From Candidatus Latescibacterota bacterium (lineage in GTDB: Bacteria; Latescibacterota; UBA2968): 64,000 nt of DNA. The notes under the pieces are model-generated. The model did not search any database and was not told where the DNA came from. It was given only the letters and a program-made list of their open reading frames with translations. Location: positions 2,688,001 to 2,752,000 of the forward strand of contig OZ242195.1 of NCBI GenBank assembly GCA_965205975.1, written 5' to 3'. This document shows positions 1-9,857 of the stretch, in pieces; the stretch's first letter is position 1, and each line of letters begins with the position of its first letter. The position numbers were made by a program, and so were the translations under genes.

Positions 1-134
1 ACGCTTACTGCGCCGAAATTGACAGTGAAATTTACCAGATAGCAGTTGATCGAATAAAATCACATTCCGTTCCACTGCTTGACGTATCTGAAAAAAATAA
101 GGCAAACAAAGGAGCCGTAGATATCTATGCCTGA
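1..134 (+). CDS. C-terminal end of a site-specific DNA methyltransferase (N4/N6 type), truncated by the window edge
   Basis: Frame from position 3 reads AYCAEIDSEIYQIAVDRIKSH...DIYA* (TGA 132-134), resembling the E-I-D-x-x-Y-x-x-x-A-x-x-R-I tail of beta-class MTases; overlaps the next ATG at 127. Confidence 0.6.
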   Translation, partial: AYCAEIDSEIYQIAVDRIKSHSVPLLDVSEKNKANKGAVDIYA

Positions 135-1062
135 TGTTCCGATAAAGTTTGAACCAGACCCCGAATGGCCCCACTTTAAGGTGTGGGAGCGAATAGATGA
201 TGTTATCTACTCAATTCCCGCTCACTTCGAAACAGAATTGCTCATAAAAGGAATCAATGTCACTGAAATATTTTCAGTTGGAGGCGCATTTGCTTCAGTC
301 GTCGAAAACCAGGTTGTAAATATACTCAACAGTTTGCGAAATATATGGGATCCAGATAGCGAATATGCTGATTATGCGTTTGTCAGACAATCTCAGACTT
401 TTCCCGATGTTTTGCTGAGAAGTCTTAGAGATGAAAATGAGATCCTATTCGGTATTGAACTCAAATCCTGGTATGTACTCAGTAAAGAAGGTGAACCGAG
501 TTTCAGATATCAGGTGACACCTGACGCCTGTGCCCCTGCTGATTTTATTGTCATTATTCCCTGGCTATTGTCAGAAGTCATTTCAGGTACACCCAAACTT
601 CTGATTCCTTACAAAGAATCGGCCAGATTTGCTGCTGAGTACCGAAATTACTATTGGCAAAATTCACGCCAAGAGAGGGATGAAAATCCCGACATCCAAG
701 CACCACCTGAAGAGTATAGACATCCTTATCCGAGCAGCAAGCAAGAATCATCTGATAAAGCCGCAGCAGATAAGGGTGGCAATTTTGGCAGGATTGCCAG
801 AGCGGGAATTCTCGATACATTCGTAAACAAGATCAAATCCCTTGATTATTTGGGAATAAAAATTATCCATTGGATTATGTTTTTCAAGGCGATTTCAGAA
901 ACCAGTACAGATGAACAAATCGGCAGAAGACTACAAACATTAAAATCTCAAATTCAGGCTGATATGAGTGAATCTGAAAAAGATAAAAAGAGCTTTGAGT
1001 ATAAAGAGTCGTTCTCTGATTTAATACAACAACTCGAAGACCTATGGCAAAAATCTTCGTGA
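127..1062 (+). CDS. Putative type II restriction endonuclease (PD-(D/E)xK fold)
   Basis: TFPDVLL...GIELKSW motif; overlaps the upstream MTase-like ORF; AT-rich. Confidence 0.6.
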   Translation: MPDVPIKFEPDPEWPHFKVWERIDDVIYSIPAHFETELLIKGINVTEIFSVGGAFASVVENQVVNILNSLRNIWDPDSEYADYAFVRQSQTFPDVLLRSLRDENEILFGIELKSWYVLSKEGEPSFRYQVTPDACAPADFIVIIPWLLSEVISGTPKLLIPYKESARFAAEYRNYYWQNSRQERDENPDIQAPPEEYRHPYPSSKQESSDKAAADKGGNFGRIARAGILDTFVNKIKSLDYLGIKIIHWIMFFKAISETSTDEQIGRRLQTLKSQIQADMSESEKDKKSFEYKESFSDLIQQLEDLWQKSS

Positions 1063-1167
1063 AACAGCCGCAGATTCATCTGATATTCTGGTAGCTTGAC
1101 CACATGTTCAACCCTCTACCCTGTATAACAAAATGAAAAACTGAATATCAAGCGTCCCTGATTACCG

Positions 1168-1197
1168 TCCGTATATGGATTATAGTCCATATACGGA
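1168..1197. repeat. Perfect 12-bp inverted repeat (hairpin or operator)
   Basis: tccgtatatgga-ttatag-tccatatacgga. Confidence 0.8.
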
Positions 1198-1439
1198 TGT
1201 TTAGATATAACTATTTATTAATCAATAACATAAGAGCCAGTCTGAATTTCTTTTGTACCGTATACGGGATACAAGGGGGACTGTAGCTACCGAGACGAAA
1301 ACACAGGCGAGATCCGCGTTACCGGTGAGAACACAGAAACGCAGGTATGGCGACATCGGGGTGGAGCCGGGTCGAAAGCGCGCATCATCGTGGAAACAGC
1401 GAGGTGACCGCAGGCAAAATTGATGAAAGGAGGGACAAG

Positions 1440-2255
1440 ATATATCGTCACAGTATTTGTGCAGGTGTATTAATTCTTCTGAGCCTTCCTCTATGGTCCC
1501 AACAGAACACCGGGAATAGTGCGCCTTCACCTGGAGAAACTTTCCAAGATTGCGACGAATGTCCAAAGATGGTTGTCGTGCCATCGGGAGTGTTCACGCT
1601 GGGGTCACCCAAGCGTGAGGGGGGTGATGATGATGAAAGACCGATGCGCAGGGTGCGTATAGATTACCGGTTTGCGGTGGGCGTATATGAGGTGACATTT
1701 GCCGAATGGTATGCCTGTATAGATGCAGGAGGTTGTGGAAGCTATGTGCCGGATGATGAGGGCTGGGGACGTGGAAATCGTCCCGTAGTCCATGTGAGTT
1801 GGAAAGATGCGCAGTCTTATGTTAGTTGGTTGTCATCCTGGACGGGTAAAACGTATCGTTTATTGAGTGAATCGGAGTGGGAGTATGTGGCGCGCGCAGG
1901 CACAGAGACAGCGTATAGCTGGGGGGACAGCATAGGTGTCAACCGCGCCAATTGTGACGGTTGTGGCAGCCAGTGGGATGATGAGAAGACAGCGCCAGTG
2001 GGATCATTCGTAGCCAATGCCTGGGGCGTGTACGATATGCACGGCAATGTGTGGGAGTGGGTTCAAGACTGCTATAATGACAGCTATGAAGGCGCACCTA
2101 CAGACGGATCTGCGTGGGAGTCTGAGGACAGCTCTTATCGCGTATTGCGTGGAGGTTCGTGGCGCAGCATTACGAGGAATTTGCGTTCGGCGAATCGCGA
2201 CAAGGGCATTATCCGGTCCTCCGTCCGCGGTTTTCGAGTTGCCCGGGATCTTTGA
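1440..2255 (+). CDS. FGE-sulfatase (SUMF1)/CLec-fold secreted protein, copy 1; start codon apparently mutated to ATA
   Basis: RLLSESEWEYVARAG, DMHGNVWEW, RVLRGGSW...GFRVAR motifs; RBS gaaaggagg precedes ATA at 1440 where paralog 9027 has ATG; the ORF track extends it to ATG 1347. Confidence 0.85.
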   Translation: MYRHSICAGVLILLSLPLWSQQNTGNSAPSPGETFQDCDECPKMVVVPSGVFTLGSPKREGGDDDERPMRRVRIDYRFAVGVYEVTFAEWYACIDAGGCGSYVPDDEGWGRGNRPVVHVSWKDAQSYVSWLSSWTGKTYRLLSESEWEYVARAGTETAYSWGDSIGVNRANCDGCGSQWDDEKTAPVGSFVANAWGVYDMHGNVWEWVQDCYNDSYEGAPTDGSAWESEDSSYRVLRGGSWRSITRNLRSANRDKGIIRSSVRGFRVARDL

Positions 2256-2474
2256 CCCTTTTGTAGGAAGAGAGGAATGGGTTTTTTGGGGGCGGTTTGG
2301 GGAGTACGATTTTTGAGGAAAGTGTTATGGGATTAGCAAGAGATGTTTTCCCTAAATACTAAACGCAGAGGAATTTCAAAATGTCAAAAAATTCAGGCAC
2401 ACCTGATCACAAGCGAAGCCTTTTGGTCGTTTTCTCGGCCCTGCCGTTTCCTGCTATCCATGGGAGGATGAACG

Positions 2475-4055
2475 ATGAGTAATGATTCCGAGAACGGCAA
2501 CAAATTCTGGAAGAAAGTCGTCCCTCTATTGCATTACGTCCTTTATTTTGTCGCCCTGATCGCGATACTTGTGTCGGTTCTGATCCCACTTCTAATTCCA
2601 TTTCTAATTCTAAGCGTTGAGTTATGGAAACCGGAGCTATTTGAACCCTACAAAGAATTCACAAAATATAAACAATGCGTAATTGGGATTATTATCCTGC
2701 TCGTCGGCGTGGGGCTGTTGTCTTTTCTGCTTCAAAAATATATGAAGACTGATCCTGAAAAGGCTGACAAAACCCAAGATGTCTCCCCCTCCTGGGTGCA
2801 TCTCACTCTTCGTCTCGCCACTTGGTTTCTGTCAATCGTGATACTTACGGCTGTCCTAATTCCTTTTTTCACTCTAACCCTAAGTGTCGAGTCCTGGACC
2901 CCGGAGCTATGGGAATTTCTCAGAAAATCCATTGAAAGTGAAAAGAATTCAGAGCTATTAGGACGCCTCGATAACCTCAAGGAATTTATTGAAAATAAAC
3001 AACGGATAATTGCGATTATTACCCTCGTCTCCGGCGTGGGTCTGTTGTCTTTTCTGCTTGGAAAAAATATAGAAAGCATCCAGAATTCTCTATCAAATAT
3101 TAAAAAGGAGAATATCGAGATCTTCAAAATTTTAGGCACCACCAGACTGCCAAAAACAAAAAAAAAGGAAAGCCTGCCGGAGACCTATCGCAGTGTCGCA
3201 AAGGTCTGGCCATTTATGAGAAAGACATTCACCGAGTCTGGAAAGCTGATCTTAAACGTATTGATCTTGTGCATTATCTTTTTAAGTGGCTACGTTTCGG
3301 CAAAAACAGTCTTCTTGGAAAAGCTGGACGGTATCAAGAAAGATATAGAGGGCCTTTCGTATAATCTATCCAATGAGATAGAATCTCAGCGTCGCTATCG
3401 TATAGAACAACGCACATTCAACTATATATCGAGAGTTAAAATCGACACTCTGCAGGTTAAAATTACAGCTATCTCTGACACTACAGAGGTTGCGGGGCTC
3501 CAAATATCCGTGGATAGCCTTCAAATATCTGTAGATAGCCTCCATGCATCCGTGGATAGCCTTCAAATATCTGTAGATAGCCTCCATGCATCCGTGGATA
3601 GCTTTCAAATATCTGTAGATAGCCTTCATACATCCGTGGATAGCCTTCAAATATCTGTAGATAACCTTCATACATCTGTAGATAACCTTCACACGTCCGC
3701 AGATTCCCTTAAAGCAGACGCAGTTTATGTCTATTTCGGCATCGAAGATACTTTAAAAAAGAAGGAATATCTCAAAACTTCGGGATTCTTTATTTTTAAA
3801 AACTACAAAATTATAAATTTTCCCGATATCGACAGCAAAGGCGTCAAAAAAGTTGTGATAGGGGACACTATTCGTGTACAGGATAATCTCGCAGCTCTAT
3901 GCGATTATAAAGGCAGACTCCGCAAAGGCATAGAATACGCACTTATTAAGCCAGATAAATCGTCAGATAAACCCCAAACCCTTATCGTCTTTTCTCGTTC
4001 CTTGATCGCAGGACAACGCATCCTCGCTGTGATAAAAAATAAAGACAGTTCCTAA
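2475..4055 (+). CDS. Membrane protein with a duplicated N-terminal TM module, heptad-repeat coiled coil and C-terminal domain
   Basis: Two copies of (LIPF..LSVE.W.PEL...GVGLLSFLL); ten LQISVDS/LHxSVDS heptads; RBS ggagg. Confidence 0.8.
   Translation: MSNDSENGNKFWKKVVPLLHYVLYFVALIAILVSVLIPLLIPFLILSVELWKPELFEPYKEFTKYKQCVIGIIILLVGVGLLSFLLQKYMKTDPEKADKTQDVSPSWVHLTLRLATWFLSIVILTAVLIPFFTLTLSVESWTPELWEFLRKSIESEKNSELLGRLDNLKEFIENKQRIIAIITLVSGVGLLSFLLGKNIESIQNSLSNIKKENIEIFKILGTTRLPKTKKKESLPETYRSVAKVWPFMRKTFTESGKLILNVLILCIIFLSGYVSAKTVFLEKLDGIKKDIEGLSYNLSNEIESQRRYRIEQRTFNYISRVKIDTLQVKITAISDTTEVAGLQISVDSLQISVDSLHASVDSLQISVDSLHASVDSFQISVDSLHTSVDSLQISVDNLHTSVDNLHTSADSLKADAVYVYFGIEDTLKKKEYLKTSGFFIFKNYKIINFPDIDSKGVKKVVIGDTIRVQDNLAALCDYKGRLRKGIEYALIKPDKSSDKPQTLIVFSRSLIAGQRILAVIKNKDSS
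3498..3707 (+). repeat. 21-bp coding tandem repeat, 10 copies
   Basis: Units such as cttcaaatatctgtagatagc and ctccatgcatccgtggatagc. Confidence 0.95.
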
Positions 4056-4472
4056 ACTTCGGACAGCATGGTCATTGCCGACACTGATGCCAAAATTCAG
4101 CATTGCTTCAATAAACTCAGGCATAACGACTGAGTTATGGGTGAATATTCAACGGAATCACGACTTGGTGAGGAGTTGACCCAAAAAGATACCAAAGCTG
4201 TGAGCGGTGGGATAAAATTGGATCAGCTTTACGAGAATACTAAATACAACAATCGCTAAAGAGAGCCGCGAATGGTATAACACAATTGTGTCGAAATTGC
4301 TGACTGTTGGAACGGCATAGTAGCCGTCCCTTATAATGATATTGTGGTTTGTAGGGGTAGGGTGTCCCCTGTGGTCACCCGCTGCACGCGCAGCACAACG
4401 CGAGTACCGCTAATAATCATGATTTCAACCCCTTAATTGGCATATATAGGTGATAATGAAAGGAGATACACC

Positions 4473-5090
4473 ATGAGGAAAGTACTCAGTAGCTTTTTCA
4501 TTGTTGTCTTACTGGGATTTTTCACGGCTGCATCCACCCAACTGTCGCCAGAGATCTTGGTGGAGCCTGAGATTACTCCTGAGAAAACGTGTACCGGCAA
4601 ACCTGTAGGGTCCAGTTGTTGGATGGTGTTGGCCAACCAGCCTAAATGCCATGTCTGGAACCCTAACCTTCAAAAGAACGAGACCATGACTTGGTCTGGC
4701 GAGTGTTCCGGTGGCTTTGCCCAGGGCAAGGGAACACTCATTAGGAAGTATAGTAGTGGTAATTACGAGAAAATAGAAGAATCAACAGGACACTTCCAGA
4801 AAGGTAAGAAGCACGGACATTGGGTCATTCGCTACGCAGACGGGAAAGTAGAAGAAGGGCCCTTTATGGACGACAAGAAGCACGGACATTGGGTCATTCG
4901 CTATGCAGACGGAGATGTAGAGGAAGGGCCTTTTGTGGACAATAAGAAACACGGCCACTGGATCTTGCGGAGAGACGGAAATATAGAGGAAGGACGCTTT
5001 GTGGATGACAAGAAACACGGTACTTGGATAATTCGCTATGTGAACGGGAGTTTCAAAAAGGAGACCTATGTGAATGGCGAGGGACAGTGA
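4473..5090 (+). CDS. Secreted MORN-like repeat protein
   Basis: Signal peptide MRKVLSSFFIVVLLGFFTAAS; TWSGEC..G.AQGKG motif; four KKHGxWxIRYxDGxVEEGPF-type repeats; RBS aggag. Confidence 0.8.
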   Translation: MRKVLSSFFIVVLLGFFTAASTQLSPEILVEPEITPEKTCTGKPVGSSCWMVLANQPKCHVWNPNLQKNETMTWSGECSGGFAQGKGTLIRKYSSGNYEKIEESTGHFQKGKKHGHWVIRYADGKVEEGPFMDDKKHGHWVIRYADGDVEEGPFVDNKKHGHWILRRDGNIEEGRFVDDKKHGTWIIRYVNGSFKKETYVNGEGQ

Positions 5091-5214
5091 CGGCCTTTGC
5101 AGAACTGGCTGAACTGTTTTTTTGGTATTTTTCAATCGTCTTTTAGACGGGCAAGAATGCCTAGATTTCAACTCTTAATGGGGATATACAGGTGATAATA
5201 ATAGGAGAGACATC

Positions 5215-6273
5215 ATGCAGAGAGAGATCAGCAGTATTTTCGTTCTATTTTTACTGGGATTCTTTACGGTTACATCCGCCCAATTGCCACCAGAGGTCAT
5301 GGTAGATAAACATCTGATTGCGGCAGAACAGCTTATTGGTGCCGAGGACTATGTGAATGCATTCAATGTGATGAAAAAGATCATCGCATTGCAAAAAGAG
5401 CACGATCTCACCTTGCCGGACGAGTTCCTTTTCAAGTATGCACAGGTTGCTTTGAAAGCAGGCGAACCTGGGGCTACGCTTGATGCGGTGAGTCAGTATT
5501 TAGCCACAGCAGGGAAGAAGGGGCAGTTCTACAAGGAGGCACTGGCGTTGTTGAGTGAGGCGGAACAGATGATACCGCTGGATCCGGAGATGGTAGTGAT
5601 ACCAGCGGGCAGTTTTTGGATGGGCTGCGTGTCGGGTAAGCACTGCTCCAACAATGAGCTACCTGTGCATGAAGTGAGGATTGCATCGTTCGAAATGTCG
5701 AAGTACGAGGTGACGTTTGAGGAGTACGATCGTTTCACGGATGCGACGGGACGCGAGCGGGCAGACGATGCAGGTTGGGGTCGTGGTCGGCGTCCCGTAG
5801 TCAGAGTTTCGTGGCTTGATGCAGTGGCCTATACGCATTGGCTATCGTCTCAGACGGATAAGACCTATCGTTTGCCGAGCGAGGCGGAGTGGGAGTATGC
5901 TGCTCGAGCAGGAACTCAGACGATGTATAGCTGGGGGGATAATCCTAGTTACAACCGCGCCAATTGCGATGTATGTGGCAGTCAGTGGGATGATAAGATG
6001 ACAGCCCCAGTGGGATCGTTTGAAGCCAATGGTTGGGGTCTTCACGACATGCACGGCAATGTGAGAGAATGGGTGCGAGATTGTCGGAATAACAATTACG
6101 AGGGGGCACCGACAGATGGTTCTGCCTGGATGTTTGGAGACTGCTCTGAGCACATATTGCGTGGTGGTGCGTGGCACGACGGACCGAAGGACTTACGCTC
6201 TGCGTATCGCTTCAGTCGCTCTACTGATGTCCAATATAGGTTCCACGGTTTTCGAGTCGTACGGGATCTTTAA
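5215..6273 (+). CDS. FGE-sulfatase/CLec-fold protein with an N-terminal helical (TPR-like) domain, copy 2
   Basis: Signal peptide; RLPSEAEWEYAARAG, DMHGNVREW, LRGGAW...GFRVVRDL. Confidence 0.9.
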   Translation: MQREISSIFVLFLLGFFTVTSAQLPPEVMVDKHLIAAEQLIGAEDYVNAFNVMKKIIALQKEHDLTLPDEFLFKYAQVALKAGEPGATLDAVSQYLATAGKKGQFYKEALALLSEAEQMIPLDPEMVVIPAGSFWMGCVSGKHCSNNELPVHEVRIASFEMSKYEVTFEEYDRFTDATGRERADDAGWGRGRRPVVRVSWLDAVAYTHWLSSQTDKTYRLPSEAEWEYAARAGTQTMYSWGDNPSYNRANCDVCGSQWDDKMTAPVGSFEANGWGLHDMHGNVREWVRDCRNNNYEGAPTDGSAWMFGDCSEHILRGGAWHDGPKDLRSAYRFSRSTDVQYRFHGFRVVRDL

Positions 6274-6490
6274 CTCTTGGTTCTTTACATCTTTTTTGGG
6301 GAAGAGGTTTGAGGCAAAGGGTTTTACGATTTTTTTTGAGGAGTGTTTTATCAAGAGTTTACCTTTTGCCTGATCTATCAAGCACCAGCGCACATGAGAC
6401 TGGACCGGCATTGGAAGCGCATTGCCAGTTTATCCTGTGGCTGGTGACCTCGCTGGATCGTTTTCCGCGCTGTTGAAAACAGGAGGGATC

Positions 6491-7405
6491 ATGACCCGAT
6501 TACCGAGTGAAATAGGCTGTATCCATGGTATGAAGAATGATGGGGCTATGGTTCCACATTTGCAGGGTATTGCACATGTAGGGGAATACACCGTGTTATC
6601 GTCGTCTATTAAAGGTGCCGCATTGATCGTTGCCCATGGTACCCATTCGAACAAAAAGATAGTGTATAGGGAAAAAGCCCTTCCCAATGGGTATAAGCAT
6701 CCGGGTGGTATTGGTGTCTTGCCGCCTCAAAGTGGTCAGAATAGTGAATGGATGATTTTTGTGCCCGTGTTTGGCGAGGATGGGGGTGCAATTATTCCTT
6801 ATCGCCTCAACTATCCAAAAAACGGAAAAAAAGTGTCGTTAAAATGTGAGGATAGCTTTATCACACGTCTTTCGAGAAACGCGATGGCTTATGCGGTGGG
6901 GATCGCTCGAATGGAAAAGCATGTGATTATGGCCGTGGTGATCGACAATAATGGAAACCAGGTCCTATTTTTGGAGTGCAATAATCCGACTGGTCTGGGT
7001 ACGTATCAACCATTAGGTAATGTCTGGGACGTGGTCGAGGCGGACAAAGGCCAATGGCAACCAGATAAGAAGTGGGGTGGCTATCCGGATAGCATTTCGC
7101 TGATCTATCATGACGGATGGCTCTATTTTGTAGGAATGCACGGTAAAGTTTTACTTGGTAATTGGATAGATATTTACGATGTGAATCTGGACAATTACGT
7201 TTCCGAAAGGTTGATCAAAAAATGTAACGCCCGTGCTATATGCCAGAAAGGGGCTTCTTTTCGTTGGGGGGGAAGTGCGCGAATAATACCGGGAAACAAT
7301 AAGATTGAAATTCTGGCTGTGGAGAGCGATTTCAAAAAGAATGGCGTGGTCAGGTATAACACGTTTAACTGGTGTAGCTGGCAGTCGCTATCAACCGTGT
7401 CGTAA
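6491..7405 (+). CDS. Hypothetical protein (possibly beta-propeller-like)
   Basis: Long ORF with RBS aggagg before ATG 6491; beta-rich motifs HLQGIA, HPGGIG. Confidence 0.6.
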   Translation: MTRLPSEIGCIHGMKNDGAMVPHLQGIAHVGEYTVLSSSIKGAALIVAHGTHSNKKIVYREKALPNGYKHPGGIGVLPPQSGQNSEWMIFVPVFGEDGGAIIPYRLNYPKNGKKVSLKCEDSFITRLSRNAMAYAVGIARMEKHVIMAVVIDNNGNQVLFLECNNPTGLGTYQPLGNVWDVVEADKGQWQPDKKWGGYPDSISLIYHDGWLYFVGMHGKVLLGNWIDIYDVNLDNYVSERLIKKCNARAICQKGASFRWGGSARIIPGNNKIEILAVESDFKKNGVVRYNTFNWCSWQSLSTVS

Positions 7406-7538
7406 TCTGTATCACCGCAGCAAGAAGCCGTTCACTGAATAACTGATTCATGCAGCTTTAAGTATTAGTAATTCATTGAATATAAATGCATATTTGCGTA
7501 ATAATCAGTTGGTAAGTTCATAAAAGGAGACAAACACA

Positions 7539-8426
7539 ATGTGGATTTGGAAAACGTGCCTGGTATTACTGCTTTCAGGAGTACCCTTAATGTCCGCAAC
7601 GGCTCAGCTTTCGTTACCATCGAACTGGCAAGATATGGAAATCGAATCGAAGTGGGAACTCACCGAACGCAATTTCTACACTCTAATGGAGGCATTTCCG
7701 GATGAATCTAAACGGCTCGATTACAACGTAAGATTAAGGTGGAGTGGAATCGCTCGGCGTTTTCACGATGTCTATTACGACACATCAGATGATATTCTTA
7801 AGAATGATCTTCATTCTATCCGTCACCGTTCTCGGTCTGTTTCTGTACCACTCGCAGAAAACAACGAACTGGCAACACTTAAAGCTGCCCATTGGAAAGA
7901 ACAATGGGAACGGGTTCAGTACAAGAGCACTCCTTGCCGAATCGAGTCTGCTTGGCTACGTATGGAGTCAGGTGATTGCAAGCTGTCGGATGAGGATGGA
8001 GAAGACCTCTGTTCCTCTGTCCCTATCTCAGCAGATAAAGTACTATCCGGTGAGTTTCCCGCACATAAGTCTATCACTGCACTGAAGCAGGATCATCCCA
8101 AACTTGATCTGGCGAGGCTGGAACCAGTTCTCAAGGTCATTGACTACCGCTACCGGATTGAATTGCTCAATTCGACGGGGATGGTGGTCTACGAAATCTC
8201 ACTTGATCGTGTATTAAGCACAAATCTTCGAACTGGTGAGACTAAGCAGTCGCTTGAAGCTGAATTAGAAATCGTCACCGATATAGTCACTGAGAATATC
8301 ATACACGAATTTCTCAAATTCTCGGAAAAGTTTGAGAAAAAGTTCAACTTGGTACATCATCGATCCAAAACTAGTAAGGGAGGTGTAGGAGTTCCAGATT
8401 GCGGTGCGACGGGAGCAACCAAATGA
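7539..8426 (+). CDS. Secreted CYTH-like (triphosphate tunnel) domain protein
   Basis: Signal peptide; EIESKW (ExExK), DVYYDT, SIRHR, ISLD and EAELEI motifs. Confidence 0.65.
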   Translation: MWIWKTCLVLLLSGVPLMSATAQLSLPSNWQDMEIESKWELTERNFYTLMEAFPDESKRLDYNVRLRWSGIARRFHDVYYDTSDDILKNDLHSIRHRSRSVSVPLAENNELATLKAAHWKEQWERVQYKSTPCRIESAWLRMESGDCKLSDEDGEDLCSSVPISADKVLSGEFPAHKSITALKQDHPKLDLARLEPVLKVIDYRYRIELLNSTGMVVYEISLDRVLSTNLRTGETKQSLEAELEIVTDIVTENIIHEFLKFSEKFEKKFNLVHHRSKTSKGGVGVPDCGATGATK

Positions 8427-8733
8427 ATCGAACAAGCTAAATGTGGATTTCCCAGTTTTGGTGAGTATTTAAGGCTTGGGTTTCAAGCCTGCCTGTCTGC
8501 CGTGCCTGCACAGACAGATGATCAATGCTGCTTGTCGTATAGAATCATTACGGCACATGCTTCGTAGGCCATTGGCGCGTGTAGGCGATTGAAGCATGCC
8601 TGTGATGCGGATTATACCACCTTTCAATGTGTTCGAAGATGGGCAACCGAGCGTTCTTGTGCGTTCGGGAACCACAAATCCGTGTTCATCGGTGTTTACC
8701 TGTGATTGCTTTTAATAAAAGGAAGGTACAGCA

Positions 8734-8922
8734 ATGAACAAGATATGATACATCTTAATTTTCTCAACACTGCTATTTTCAAGCTCGGATGCGGAACAGG
8801 GCGAGGTAGGATATGTAATCAAGCCCCAATTTGATGATGTTGGGTCTTTTTCAGAAGGCCTGGCTCCTGTAAAAATTGGTTACAAGTATGGGTATATCAG
8901 TAAGGCGTCTTTTGAGAAATGA
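8734..8922 (+). pseudogene. WG-repeat (KWG/WG_beta_rep) protein remnant
   Basis: MNKI*YILIFSTLLFSSSDAEQGEVGYVIKPQFDDVGSFSEGLAPVKIGYKYGYISK...*; TGA at codon 5 (8746-8748); single repeat. Confidence 0.75.
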
Positions 8923-9026
8923 TGGCGTGCTCCCCTTTTGGTTTTGGATCCTGGACATCATCCGTAAACACAGTCCTGACGCCTACGCTAAGATCATGGA
9001 AAAGAGTAAAGAAAGGAGGTCTAAAG

Positions 9027-9857
9027 ATGTATCGACACTGTATTTGTATAGGCGTATTAATTCTTCTGAGCCTTCCTCTCTGGTCACAACAGAACACCGG
9101 GGATAGCGTGCCTTCACCTGGAGAAACTTTTCAAGATTGTGATGAATGTCCAAAGATGGTGGTGGTGCCGTCAGGGTCGTTCACGATGGGGTCACGCGCG
9201 CGTGAGAGGGGTCCTGCTAATGAAAGGCCGCGGCATAGGGTGCGTATAGATTATCAGTTTGCTGTGGGTGTCTATGAGGTGACATTTGACGAATGGTATG
9301 CCTGTGTGGATGGGGGAGGTTGTGGAAGCTATGTTCCGGATATTCCAAATGATAGCTGGGACCGCGAGAATCGTCCTGTGATCAATGTGAACTGGGAAGA
9401 TGCACAGTCTTATGTGCGCTGGTTGTCAGCCCGGACGGGTAAAAGGTATCGTTTATTGAGTGAATCGGAATGGGAGTATGTGGCGCGCGCAGGCACAGAG
9501 ACGAAGTATAGCTGGGGGGACAGCGTAGGTGTCAACCGTGCCAATTGCGATGGTTGCGGCAGTCAGTGGGACGATAAACAGACAGCACCTGTGGGATCAT
9601 TCGCAGCCAATGCTTGGGGTGTTTACGATATGCACGGCAATGTGTGGGAGTGGGTTCAAGATTGTTGGAACAAGAGTTATGAAGGCGCACCTTCAGACGG
9701 TTCTTCGTGGGAGTCTGGGGACTGTGATAGGCGCGTATTGCGTGGTGGTACGTGGGCCATCTATCCGAGGCGCTTGCATTCGGCGGCTCGCGGTAGCCGC
9801 TCCACCGAGGACGACCGGTACCACTACGACGGCTTTCGCGTTGCCCGGGATCTTTAA
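9027..9857 (+). CDS. FGE-sulfatase/CLec-fold secreted protein, copy 3 (close paralog of copy 1)
   Basis: RBS gaaaggagg then ATG 9027; same motifs and high visible nucleotide identity to 1440-2255. Confidence 0.9.
   Translation: MYRHCICIGVLILLSLPLWSQQNTGDSVPSPGETFQDCDECPKMVVVPSGSFTMGSRARERGPANERPRHRVRIDYQFAVGVYEVTFDEWYACVDGGGCGSYVPDIPNDSWDRENRPVINVNWEDAQSYVRWLSARTGKRYRLLSESEWEYVARAGTETKYSWGDSVGVNRANCDGCGSQWDDKQTAPVGSFAANAWGVYDMHGNVWEWVQDCWNKSYEGAPSDGSSWESGDCDRRVLRGGTWAIYPRRLHSAARGSRSTEDDRYHYDGFRVARDL

Noticed and set aside
3158..3166. A9 tract as a phase-variation switch
   Set aside because: Frame is intact and the tract encodes a Lys run in an AT-rich gene; no evidence of slippage
4350..4382. 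GTAG-type REP-like hairpin
   Set aside because: Single degenerate copy and no RAYT transposase in the window
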